A DNA stretch of 63,373 nucleotides, filler included, from Reticulomyxa filosa (lineage: Eukaryota > Protista > Foraminifera): NCBI GenBank assembly GCA_000512085.1. It is 26 parts of 26 records of this genome, joined end to end, with 100 filler letters (N's around TTAATTAATTAA, not from the genome) between each part and the next. Parts side by side here need not be neighbours in the genome. Positions count along the whole stretch, not along the records: positions 38,231 to 40,094 come from ASPP01012373.1; positions 40,195 to 41,756 come from ASPP01014147.1; positions 41,857 to 45,025 come from ASPP01040699.1; positions 45,126 to 46,726 come from ASPP01023283.1; positions 46,827 to 48,204 come from ASPP01033059.1; positions 48,305 to 50,298 come from ASPP01007211.1; positions 50,399 to 60,669 come from ASPP01004802.1; 19 more parts are not named here. The stretch is one strand, 5' to 3'. Made by a program: the position numbers and the translations under genes. How positions within the stretch are numbered: the first letter of the stretch is position 1; each line of letters starts with the position of its first letter. Positions 38,413 to 50,659 of the stretch are shown here, one piece after another. The notes under the pieces are model-generated. The model saw nothing but the letters and a program-made list of their open reading frames with translations. It was not told where the DNA came from and searched no databases.

Positions 38413-40094
38413 ATGAAAAAGCAAGATGCATTTGCACTAATAATTCTGCGACGAATGATATTCACGTCATTCTTGCACAGTGCCATAACGCATGTGCCGG
38501 TGGTATTTAAAACCATGTTTCAATTGCACGAAATCTTGTGGCATTCGTATCGCAGTTGCTTAAAGTTTGAAATTGGTGTACTGTTGGACACGGGAATGGT
38601 TGGGTTCTTGTGCAGCTCGTTTTGCTCGCCTCCTCAAAAAGTCGATTTGCTCGACGGACTCACGCAAATGTTTATCAATAAATCCGCTTTAATTGACATT
38701 TTCTACAACTATGATAATGATATCATCAATTGGCCCGTTTGCCAACACTTGGTTAAAACCATTGCCAAGTTGATGGAAGGTGAGTATTTCACGTCCAATC
38801 ACTATGGACTAAAAGAAGACCGAGTTATTCAAGGAGCCTTGAGGTTATTGGCCCGATTCATGGAACTTATGGCCAAGTTTATTTGTTTCTTTTCAAATCA
38901 TTTTTAATATTTTTAATTCTTTTTTTTTTGTTCACAGATATTTAAAAGCTCCAAATTTAAATTTGGGAGGGAATTTAGACGAACAAGAAGACTTCGATAA
39001 ACTAGGACTTGATTATGTTTCCTCTAATGTTCATTATTCTTTTATCGCTGACGAAGTTACTCCTACTTCAAAACAACAAAAAAGGGGAAGAGAGCATATG
39101 CAGGACGAGTAGAGGGAAAAAAAAACTAATATATTATCATTGTTGATTCTTGTAAATGGATTAATTTGTTTGCGAAAATGCACAAATACCGATAAAAGAC
39201 TGCAGACATTACGTCAGATCATGGAAGAACAACAATAGCCACCCGAGTTCAGACTGGAAGCAACATAACGTTGATGGATTTAGCAACGCTGAACCCAGCG
39301 CAGAACCCGAAGCAAGACCAAAACAAAGAGGAGAAAATAGAAAGAGAAACCACTTCTGCCTCGTCCTGCGGTGACGAGCAGGTGCCATCATCTGTGCGAC
39401 ACTCTAACTTGCCTGATCATTCCAAATCGACCACCTCTTCAATATCAACACCAACGGACACCACCGAGGGTAACTTATTGGAGTCCCACGTCACTATTGC
39501 TATATCACCGGACATATTTACAGTTACATGGGATTTTATTTTGTTTGTACAAATAACAACAGTGACATTTATGATAACAATAACTGTCATAAACAAACAA
39601 AAAAGAGTGGAAAAGTGAATAAGAGCGGAGGAACGATTTTAGCCTCAGAAGAAATAAACATTGAAGAGAAAAAGAAATCGGATGATGCTCCCGCTCCTGC
39701 AATTACTTTAGACGATGAAAAGAGTAAGTTTAAAAAATAATAATAATAATAAGAGCAAATGATAACACTAACAATAAAAAACAGACAAACGTCCACGCGT
39801 GTGGGAAGGAAATACAGGCGAAGTGGAATGGGAGGACAGAGGTAGAGACTACCCATCCGCAGTGGACACCTGGCAGTTGCGATATGCCAACCACAAGGAG
39901 GAGCAAAAAATCGTGGAAGAGGCTTTGAAGCGAGCACGCAACGAAAAGTTGAAAAGTGCGATCAAGTTTCTCATAAGTCAAGGTGAGCAATATGCGGACC
40001 TCAAATTTATCGCTCAGTTTTTATATACCAATGACACTTTGGACAAAGCAGAAGTGGGTGATTTTATTTCCAACTTGTTAAGTTTTTTTTTTTT
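38413..40094 (+). CDS. Large ARF guanine nucleotide exchange factor (BIG/GBF-type Sec7 protein), internal multi-exon fragment
   Basis: LKFEIGVLL and the HUS-box-like ALIDIFYNYDND; start of the Sec7 domain KSAIKFLISQG...IAQFLYTNDTLDKAEVGDFIS. Confidence 0.85.
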
Positions 40095-40264
40095 NNNNNN
40101 NNNNNNNNNNNNNNNNNNNNNNNNNNNNNNNNNNNNNNTTAATTAATTAANNNNNNNNNNNNNNNNNNNNNNNNNNNNNNNNNNNNNNNNNNNNAAAAAA
40201 AAAAAAAAATTCTCCAAACAAAAAAGACCAGTAAATATAAAATAAAATAAATAAATAAATATTA

Positions 40265-41692
40265 GAGCGAGGGCAAGAGTGCAATTGGGAGTATTCAGTA
40301 CAACTCAAAGGCCAGCACGACCAAGACAAAGGACATGGATCACTACATCAAAAAAACGTGTCAGCGAATTAGTGACAAATATGAGGACCTAGTCGAGGTC
40401 AAGTTCACCGGAGAAACGCCAATGGTGGAGGACATGACCACAGCGTCGCGTGAAGATGTGGAAGGAAAAGAGGTGTACACAATTCCACTGGCCTTGGCCG
40501 TATTGGCCGTTGTCGTGGGAACGTGGCGCACTATGTTAATCCCCGTTCTTTGTGTGCTGGGATCCATTTGCACAAGTTTTAGGTAAATGTCACACAATAC
40601 GTATACATAATATAAATATATATATATGTATATATTTATATTTATATTTATTTATTTTCGAAAATCGAATATTCTTTTCTTTTTTTTGTTTTGTTTTGTT
40701 TTTTTTGTAATTATGAAAGTGTAATGAGACCAGTGGCGGAATATGGGTTCACGGTGAACCCATTTGCTCCTTCCTTGATGATGAGTGTGACGATAGCAAT
40801 GTCGATAGACTACAGCTTGTTTCTGCTAACGAGGTTTCGAGAAGAAATTGAGAAACAGCAAAGCCAAGGCAAAAAGCTGGACGAGCTCGACGTTTCGTTT
40901 GCGATCCGCCAAGTGACACGTTGGAGTGGAAAGGTAGTGTTGTTCTCGGGCTTCATTCTAATGATCACTTACGTCGGCTTGATTGCGTATCCCATGACGA
41001 TGTTGCAATCCATCGGTCTGGGCACTTCCATCGCCGTGCTGTGCACTATCGCCATCAACCTTACCTTGACTCCCGCCATTCTCTTCACTTTTCCCGACTT
41101 TTTCAAAGTGTTGGGTTGTCATCTGCCCGTCACTTGTGTCGACTTCCTCGCTCGTCATGGCATTCATCTTCAGTCCAAGCCAGCTGACAAATATGAGCAC
41201 TTTATCAGTTCATTCATATATTTTTTTGGGGGGGGGGGGGGGAAGGTGTATACATATTTATATATATATATACATTATATTTGTGTAGATGAAAACTCGG
41301 CCAATAACAATCGTGATTTGGTGGTAAGTGCCCCAAGTGACAAACATGAGGAAGAAGAAAAAGTGGTGATGGAGCAGAAACCTACAAAGACGGGCGAGGA
41401 AGCTGACGCGCTGTTAGCTGCGGAAGAACACCGACGTGTGAAAGATGCAATACACCCTGTGGATGACGTCCATCCTTTTGAGATTACCAAAGAAGAACGG
41501 GCCAATTTGTGCAACCACTGCTGGTACGAGTGCGGGAGCTATGCCACCATTTGGCCTTACACGCTCATCATCGTCGTCGTGGTATACGCTTTGATCGCCC
41601 CAGTGGGATGGAGGATTATGGAACTGCGCAAGCAATTGGATGACACATTAACGTTCCCAAGAAATTCCGACTATTTGGCAACTTTCAAAGAT
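40265..41692 (+). CDS. MMPL/RND-family membrane transporter, internal multi-exon fragment
   Basis: FTGETPMVEDMTTASREDVE...TIPLALAVLAVVVGTWRTMLIPV, SVTIAMSIDYSLFLLTRFREE, SGKVVLFSG and LTLTPAIL are MMPL transmembrane signatures; GT-AG intron 40583-40719. Confidence 0.88.
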
Positions 41693-43289
41693 GTATGTAC
41701 GTATACGTAAAAAAAAAGGGGGGGGGGAGAAAGAGTGTCTGACTTGGATGCATTCANNNNNNNNNNNNNNNNNNNNNNNNNNNNNNNNNNNNNNNNNNNN
41801 TTAATTAATTAANNNNNNNNNNNNNNNNNNNNNNNNNNNNNNNNNNNNNNNNNNNNTAGTTACGACTTTGGTTGGCAAGAAGCAAACACTTCATTCTTTG
41901 AATATTGGCGCAGTTTCCTTGCTTGGATGCAATGGAAATATTGTTAAAATCTTATTTTACTTCAGGACGTAATGAAAAAGAAAAAGAAATGTATCGAAAA
42001 CATGACATCGTCCAATGTAAGTTATTATTATAGTATTAACGCGCTGCAAAGCGTCAGACTGACAATCCAACACCATCTGATAAGAATTTGGCGGTCTTTT
42101 GTTCAACGTTCACAGGCTACGACCACAAGACCAAAATTACTTTCATTTGTTGCATTTAATACATGCTTTAAAAACGATTATGTATGTCTGTTCTTGTCTT
42201 TTTTTTTTGTAGTGTAAACATAAATTATGTTTGATTTGAATCAACAGCGACATCTTCGTGCAGACGACAAAAGGTCAAGCTTTTTTGCACACTATTTCCA
42301 GACTGTCGCTTGCACGTATTAAATGTATATTTCTTTGGAATTGCCTTGTTCTAATTATTGGACAAGTACGGTTTTGCTGCAGCTGGAAACTAGTGAGCGC
42401 GTTATGAATAGCTGATTTTCGTAACATGCAAAAATATGCCTTTATTTTGACCACATTGATAATATCGATCATTTTTTATTTGAAATGTTATTTGAAAATA
42501 CGCTTTTTCGCGTTTTGGAGTATTTACATTTATCAATGATGATGAATGTTCATCAAAGACGTTGACTCAATTATAAAGTACAGCGGAATTAGAGAACAAG
42601 AATGCTCAAATAGACAGAAGCTATGTCGACAGCCAAAATTGTAACCCTTGTTTCTTTGTATTGTGTTTTTACAAAATATGGGTCTTATGTCAATTTTTTA
42701 CGCTTGTGAAATACGCTGTTTTTTTCTATCATTTTTTCATAAGCGTATTCGCAAAGAAAGAGTAATCTTCGCACGAAATAAGTCATCGCATTTCTTTCCA
42801 TTTGTAAGGAAATTATTATTCAATTGCTTGCAGAACAAATATTTACGAGATGCAGTCTTTTTTGATATGTGTCGAGTTGCTGTCGTTGCAACGCAAAACT
42901 AAACAAAAGTGCCACACACCCAGGCTGAAGACAATGAAACAAAAGATTTGCCTGCAAACAGCAGACAGTGTGATAGGAGGTAAAAAAAGTCAGTCTTGAT
43001 CTACTTTTCAAAAACTTGGACAGAAGTCAACAGTTTTTGTTTGCTTGGTCTTACAACGTTTTGAAGAATACAATCTGTGAGACCAAAACAAATGGTGATC
43101 GGAAATGAACTAACTTTGTCAAGCTAGTGAAGAAACAAAGTTGACTGGAAAATTATCACGAATTAGAAACATTTGAAATAGACGTTGGCTCAAACAACAA
43201 AAAAAGCATCGTCCTTTTACAAATTTTGCAACGCAAAAGTTGAACAATAGAAATAGATTATTTATGTTTTTACTTAGCGGATATTGAAT

Positions 43290-43679
43290 TTACGTTTTTC
43301 CGCGTGGATCTTTTTGCGTGGCCACATTTGCGGAAGTGATATTTGGATTATTTGCTTTGGTATGAAAAACAAGTCGTGAGGATAAATTGACATTCTGAAG
43401 AGCATTGTGCTGAGTTGCAGCAGTAGCAACAGGAGCATTTGAAAAGGAGTGTGTTTTGCCATCATCTTGTAAGTCCAAAGTGACAGTTTCGCTGATCGCG
43501 GTCAGCGTAGTGGTGTCACTCATCAAAGACGACTCACTCATGGTATCGTCTAACTCATGTCTAAAGTGTCCTCCTCCCAATTCATGTTTCGAGTCCAATG
43601 ACCTCTTACTATCTTTGCCGTCAAATCTGTCTCTCTGTTGTGTTGTTGTCACCGCATTTGACAAAGTGACTGTTGACAC
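43290..43679 (-). CDS. Low-complexity Ser/Thr-rich C-terminal segment of an unknown, probably degenerate gene
   Basis: 129-aa ORF; upstream frames are broken by stops. Confidence 0.3.
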   Translation of the reverse strand: MSTVTLSNAVTTTQQRDRFDGKDSKRSLDSKHELGGGHFRHELDDTMSESSLMSDTTTLTAISETVTLDLQDDGKTHSFSNAPVATAATQHNALQNVNLSSRLVFHTKANNPNITSANVATQKDPRGKT

Positions 43680-45251
43680 ATTGGTTTAATAAACGAATAT
43701 TGTAAGGATCACTCAATAACAAGTAATCATTCATTGTCTTTGCATTAACAGAGGTCTTTGCTCGCTGGTGTTGTGGACTTGTCGCTACGCTTGCTGCAAT
43801 ATTGATATATGGTCCTCCAGTTCCTGGATTTTTGCTTAGTCTTTGCCATGTCGAGCGAGCCAATAAACAAACCCTTTCTCTTCTTTTCTTTTTCTTTCGT
43901 TGCAGCAAAGATTGAGGTTTATTGCTTGATAATCAATACTTCAAACAGAACCAGGCATTGGGATGCATACTGGCAAATCAGAATCTGGCTTTGGATTCGA
44001 TGTTGTTGGAATTTTGGCCTTTTTTTCTTCTTCGTTGGTCTTGATCTACTTCCAAATGGTGATTGAGGCTTTTTCCTGTCGACGACGCTGCGGCTCTGTG
44101 GACCACATTCATGATTTGGCTTGGACTGTCTTCTCTTTCTTTGTTTGCAGCTCTCTGATGATGATTGAACAGACACACAACAATGGCAAGCAGACTATTT
44201 CCCATGTACACCATTGCAATTACTCTTATCCAACTTGTTCAGTCCTATCGCAATTGCTCTTATCCATCTATCGATTTTGTTCATTGCACTAACGGCAATT
44301 GCGATATTGATGTCGCACGCATCATCAATACGTCTCTACTTTGGCCGTAGGTCATTGTTTTCTCAGCGTCTTGGCTGTGATTTTGTCTTCATTGCATCGA
44401 TTGCTTTTTCATTCACACAATACAGAGCAATTGAAAAAAAAGACAAACAAACTATACACATAAACCATATATACGCACCCGCGGCAACATCAGCACAAAG
44501 TTCAGTTTTGCTCACAACAAAATAGTCATGCAAGGATTCCAAATTGTCTGCATTTGTTTACTCGTGTTTCTTATTGTTGCTATTATTGCTATTATTGCTA
44601 TTATTGACACAAATGTCAACTGTGGATTTGATTGGAATGGTATCCGTTGAGTGCTTTAGCTGTTGTTCGTACTTCAGCACTTTTTTTCTTCTCTTGAACA
44701 CATTTGCCGTTCTTTTTGCACTGCAACTCATTTTCTATATCCATTGTGCTGCGTATTCTCTTCGTGGACCACTTCAACATGCACTCAATCGATGAAGCTA
44801 TCTTCATTCACTTCATGTCGTTAATTTGACTTTCAGCGAGTCTTTACTTCCATAATTTGATTTATACACACTTTCTCTTTTCTTTTCTGATAGCCAACGC
44901 CACTGGAACTCATTGTTTGTTGGTGAAACTAGACACATTAGAAAAACCAACATAAAAAAAACTGAATCACATCCCCCCCACCAAACGTTTTTGGAAATTT
45001 TTTTTTTGACAAAAAGTGCTTTTTTNNNNNNNNNNNNNNNNNNNNNNNNNNNNNNNNNNNNNNNNNNNNTTAATTAATTAANNNNNNNNNNNNNNNNNNN
45101 NNNNNNNNNNNNNNNNNNNNNNNNNAATTCACTTACAATCACTCTTCACATCTTTGATATTCCAAGCATTTAAAAATACATATACAAATGTATGTACATA
45201 TATACACATTTTTTTATAAAAAAAGGGGTATTTGCACGAACTTTTAACTAC

Positions 45252-45410
45252 CTGTCTCTTCAAAGAACACCTTAAAAAAGTCATCCTTTCTGCGCTCTCT
45301 TTTCTTTTGCCACCGTTATCAATTGTGTGTTCTGCGCAATATTGTTCCCAGATGGCGTTTCCTAGTTGTATACCGGCTTGGTCGATCTCAATTGTGAGAA
45401 CTTCTATCAT
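45252..45410 (-). pseudogene. Alpha-tubulin-like 5' exon, divergent, with a frameshift
   Basis: MIEVLTIEIDQAGIQLGNAIWEQYCAEHTIDNGG..., then after the shift DDFFKVFFEET|G and a donor; corresponds to [28 protein letters not shown]...FNTFFSETG. Confidence 0.8.
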
Positions 45411-45963
45411 TTTATTTGTAAAAAAACAACTAAATGAACAAACAAAAAAAAAAGAACTTACAAACTCCCATTCTTTTAAAAAACTAAAGAGTTTCTTCGG
45501 TTTGCCCTGTTTCATAGAACTAAAAAATATTTTCAAATACTCTTGGCGTTTACGTCTTGTTTTTATTTGTCTTTTTTTCTGATTGCTTCTTTGATATTTA
45601 TTTTGCAGAGATTCTGCGCAAGCGCGATTTGACCTTCTCTGCAAAGATAAAAAAACATCTCAAAGTTCCTTCTGATTTTAGTGATCACGTATACATCAAG
45701 GTTAATTCCCTTTTCTAGTGTATTATAAAAATTTTTAAAGATATTACATTTTTTTGTTGCCTGCAGTATTCTGGCTTGGATGAAACAATTTAAAGCATTT
45801 TTTGGTTTATCCAAATGAAAAAAATTTAAAAGAATTGATAAAAAGTAGGACTATTCTCTTTTTCATTTTCTTTTGTTGTTGCAAGGCAGCTACTTTCAAA
45901 TGAACATTTGAAATTTTGCGAAAATAGATCACAAGTCATATTTCGGTTGGCATTAATTGCCAA

Positions 45964-46726
45964 TCACAATTTTTGAACATCAGTTAAGAATTTTACACAA
46001 TTATCTAATAAGCGAACGATAGCGGCATCTTTGTCAATAGCCTCTAACACAGCCCTTTGGCCAAGCCTGTCATCTGTATTTTCAATAAGAGTATCCAATT
46101 TCAGCAATTTTTTGTCCAAGTGTGTCAGCTCCACCTCCAGCTGTTGATTATGTGACAGCGTATCACTTGCTTCAGTAGCGGCGTTTGTGGTAACGGCAGT
46201 GGCCAAAGGAGCGCCTAAAAAGGACATAGGCACATCCCTCAAGTTTTTGATTTCCAAGGGATGCTCTTGCGATCCTTTTTTTTGCCTTTTTCTCTTCATT
46301 CTATTCATCCTGTTCATTATTCTTTGGATTGGTTTATTTGGTCTCAAAATACCACCATCATTGTCATTGTCCTCCCTATCGCTATCATACCCAGATTTTC
46401 CTCGACGATATACATATATTCAATAATCTCACATATCAAATAATTTTTTTTTAAGAAAAAAAAACAAACCATTTTCGACACCCAATTCGTCTTCTTGTTC
46501 GTCGGCTGCAAATCATTGTCATCGTCTTTACCATCGATGGAGCCTTCAGGCGCGCCCAAGTGCTTGGCATTGATTCTGTCCATCCGATTCAGGACGAGAG
46601 TGATGGTGCGTCCGACGACGCGTTCCATGCGTTCCAGCAACAAGTGTTCGTCCTCTTGCTTCGTCTTTGGGTCGGTGAGGGGCAGGCAGTCATCGTCGCC
46701 GCAGCCGCGCCAAGAGTATTGCGGTG
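45964..46726 (-). CDS. 3' end of an unknown protein with a coiled-coil tail (two exons)
   Basis: ORFs 46344-46643 and 45964-46347 are separated by an AT-rich intron; helical character (LEVELTHLDKKLLKLDTLIENTDDRL). Confidence 0.5.
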
Positions 46727-47095
46727 NNNNNNNNNNNNNNNNNNNNNNNNNNNNNNNNNNNNNNNNNNNNTTAATTAATTAANNNNNNNNNNNNNNNNNN
46801 NNNNNNNNNNNNNNNNNNNNNNNNNNTTTCTTTAATTTCATTTTCACTTTCGTGAATTGATACACCTCGAAGCAGAACATATCTATTAATTTCGGGATTT
46901 ATCACTACTCCTTCTCGTTTTTTCTTTTGTTCAAAAAAAATTTATATCCCCTTCATCATTATTGGCTAACTAAAAAAGCCAACAGGGGAAATGTCGAAGC
47001 AAAAGGGAGTGGCAAAAATGCCAAAATACATCCTTCAATCACGGCTCGGCATCTCATTAACAAATGTTTTCGGACTAAGTGCCAAAAACACGCGA

Positions 47096-47362
47096 GAAGC
47101 CTACGGATGCCGAAAATAACAAAAAGGCCACCAAATGCCCGGAAATTAATGAAAAGGCCCACAAAGGTCCGGAAACCAACAAAAGGTCACTAAAGGACCG
47201 GAAATTAACAAAAAGACCCCCAAATGCCCGGAAACTGACAAAAAGGCTCACAAAGGACCAGAAATCAACGAAAAGGCCACAAAGTCCAGGAAACCAACGA
47301 AAAGGCTCTTAAAGGCCCGAATCAACGAAAAGGCCATAAAAAACCGGAAACCAACGAAAAGG
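47096..47362 (+). repeat. Degenerate ~30-bp tandem minisatellite, about 9 units
   Basis: Consensus approximately AAAAGGCCACAAAGGNCCGGAAAYYAACRA, visible as successive units. Confidence 0.9.
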
Positions 47363-47679
47363 AAACTAAAAAAAAATGCTTCAACAATTTTTATGTTTGT
47401 TTTTTTGAGTGCTATAGTTTTGTTTAATTTTGTAAGGTGATAACTGAGAATATTGAATTTTTTTCATTTTAATTTGATTGATATTTAACCCATTTGCTAA
47501 AGTCTCGTAGAGAGCGTAGTTCCAAAGGGACCCTCGGATTCCCTCTGAGCTGCACAGAGGTGAGCAATGCTACTATGTGATGATCAAAAAGTTTTATGGG
47601 TTAAATTGAGATCATTTTGAAATGATATAAAATGATGCATTTCTAAAATAAAATTATTGTTTCAATGTTGAAGCTTATG

Positions 47680-48204
47680 TTATTTGTTGGTTACTTTTTT
47701 GTAACGTATTGTATTATTTAGTGCTGTGTTCAAGTTTGAGTGAGGTACTTGTTTTACAATATTTTGCCTTTTTGTCAATTCAACAATTACATTCTTCCAC
47801 GCTAAAAAAAAAATTCTTTTGTTCAGCAGCAAATGTCTTACAATAAATATCACATCTTGGCCGCTTTGTAATTCTTTGGTTATCGTTACTGTTATCTTTT
47901 TGTTCAATTTTGCACATTTTTTAGGGTCATTGAAGTTATGAGCAAGCTGACTCAGTTGCTGATCATTAACATCAACTGCAAAATGAACAAACAATGTCCT
48001 GAAATTTCCAGAAAATGTATGTGCCAATACTTTTCTGGATAATACATTCTTGTTCTTCAATCCAAGTAACTTAATTACTGCTTTCACTGATTTGAGTTCT
48101 TTGGATGACGACAATAGTTGGCATGTCTGTCTTACCATTAGATTGATTCTTGTGGGGTATTTTGTACAATCATGGCTTGCAATAGAGCCGATTGGGGTAA
48201 AAAT
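47680..48204 (-). CDS. Unknown protein fragment
   Basis: 152-aa ORF running from near the contig edge; no motif recognised. Confidence 0.35.
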   Translation of the reverse strand: MFTPIGSIASHDCTKYPTRINLMVRQTCQLLSSSKELKSVKAVIKLLGLKNKNVLSRKVLAHTFSGNFRTLFVHFAVDVNDQQLSQLAHNFNDPKKCAKLNKKITVTITKELQSGQDVIFIVRHLLLNKRIFFLAWKNVIVELTKRQNIVKQVPHSNLNTALNNTIRYKKVTNK

Positions 48205-49374
48205 NNNNNNNNNNNNNNNNNNNNNNNNNNNNNNNNNNNNNNNNNNNNTTAATTAATTAANNNNNNNNNNNNNNNNNNNNNNNNNNNNNNNNNNNNNNNN
48301 NNNNTTTTTCTTTTTTTTTTTTTTTTTTTTTGAGAGGAATGAGGGCAGGGGAAAAAATTGGAAGCTCTTGTTTTCTCTTTGATTGGCTGACTTTTTCTTT
48401 TTACACAAAAACAGTATCAATACGGATGTGTTGATGTTGTTGAGTTTCATCATCTTCTTTTTTTTTTTGCAGGTCCTCATTTTTTCTTCTCTTTTTTTCG
48501 CTGTTTACGCAAACCCAAAAATGAAGACATATGTTGGACACAAATACAGCATAGATTGCGGCCCGGAGATGGATATCTCTGCACCGCAACTCAACACAAA
48601 AAAAAAAGGAGAAAACCGCCGTTTTGAAACTGTGTTGTAGGCTGTTCATTTGTTTGTATTGAAATTTAATTTGTTTTGAAGCAATTATCTTTAACTTTCC
48701 TCACTGCTTTTTTTTTATTTGTTTACCATGAGTATTTTGTTTTTTCTGTTTTTATGTGAAAGAAAGATGAGGTAATGGTTTCTGTGTGTGTGTGGCGGTT
48801 TTGGTTATTCCATCTTTTTTTTCCATATATCATATCACTTAAAACACATAAGTTCATGGTTGATTTTGCGCGTTGCGCCGGAAACTCAAAAAAAAAAATT
48901 TGTATTGGAATGAAATTCGATGGTATAACCTTCGGAGTTACTTTTAGAAAATACATCAATTGTTCCATTGAGGTTGTTATTAGCCTCTGCTGTTTTGGTC
49001 TATTCTTATTGCTATTGTGTCGTTTCATGTCGAGTGTTGCAATTTCAAATTTTTTTTGTTACTTTTGTTACAAAAAGATCTTCTAATTTTACGTGAGCAA
49101 TTTATGGAAATGCTATTAAACTTTTTCCTTGTTTGAATTTAAAGATGGCAAAATTTCGAGAAAAAAGTTCGGACACATAAGCAATCGACCCTGTCAAAAA
49201 CCTCAGTAAGCACATGAATCACCTGAAAAAAAAATCCAAGAACAAAAATTATTTGAAGAGGAAAAACGAACAATTAAACTTTTTTATTTTTTTATTCTTT
49301 ATTTTTTTTGAAAAAACACATTAACATGCAATATCCATCCCATTCCCTTCCCTTTTCTTCTTTTTGCCTCCGTC

Positions 49375-50109
49375 CTACTTACATAATAACAGGTGACGGA
49401 AACATGATATGGCTTTCGTGTGTTGGAGTGGCAATGTGCCCATTTGCAGCATTTGGATGAAAGTGTGAAGAAGAGTTTGGAGCCGCCACCAAATGCACTT
49501 TCGGTTCAGCGGAGCCATTCCAATTGAATAAAGTATACGTACTAGGAGTTTGCAAAGTAGGAGGAGGGTGAAGAGAATAAGTCGGTGGGGGTGGAAGGCA
49601 AAAAGAATGTTTGGAAGGATCAGTGGGGCACTCATAAGGATTATTGCCACTAATAATGTGAATGCCATTGTTATTGGTATTTGAGCAAGTCGCTTGATTC
49701 GGCATTCCTCTCCCAAATACAACCGGGTTATTTAACAAGCGAAAAGTTACTTTATTATGATTTTGTGCATTACACGGTGATGGTATGGGCTCATTCCACT
49801 ATTTTTTGGGCATTGGCCCCCCCAAGGATGGTTATAAAAAGTATCCTGGATATTGAATGGACTAAAGTTTAAAGCTAAAGATGGTAAGGTTTGGAACATT
49901 GTGTTTGAAGCATCTTGTCTCTTACCAGCGAAAAGATCCGTGGCGTTGCTAGTGTGGCTACTTATTGTACTCTGCGAAGTAAGATTATTGCTCTCGCAGG
50001 AGTCATTTGGCAAACGCAGTTCTGGAGTGCCGGACCTCAATGCACTTCCCAACACCATTTCGCAAGGTGTCATTGACCATATCAATTTTTTTGTTGCACT
50101 GTGATACAA
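49375..50109 (-). CDS. Ser/Asn/Pro/His-rich low-complexity C-terminal exon(s) of an unknown protein
   Basis: Consecutive ORFs 49747-50109 and 49379-49738 with disordered composition; the join needs a frameshift or a short intron. Confidence 0.35.
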
Positions 50110-50398
50110 AGACAGAACAATAGTTGGAATTTATTTTATTTTATTTTTTTTCTTCAATTTTTTTTTAAAAGATCATTCTTAATGAAGAGTATATACGCCC
50201 CGCATGCTCGAAAGCAAAAAAAAAAAAAAAAAAAAAAAAACAAAACTCATCAAATTCCTCCTTATCCAAGCGTCTAAAACTAAAATCCGAGCGGCCGGNN
50301 NNNNNNNNNNNNNNNNNNNNNNNNNNNNNNNNNNNNNNNNNNTTAATTAATTAANNNNNNNNNNNNNNNNNNNNNNNNNNNNNNNNNNNNNNNNNNNN

Positions 50399-50429
<31 letters not shown>

Positions 50430-50659
50430 AGTGACAAAAAGAGACTCTAAACGATTCACTTTCTTTTGCTTTAATCTATTGAAAAGCACAAGACATAACG
50501 AACAAGGCGATTGCAAATAGACCCGCAAGTGATATCAATGCGCAAAACGAGTGAGTGTATATTTACGGTTATTAATGTGTATGTGACGCATATCGGACAC
50601 TTGGATTAGGTGTGTATCAGCAACTAGGTTAAAAAAAAAAAAAAAAAAAAACGAAAGAC

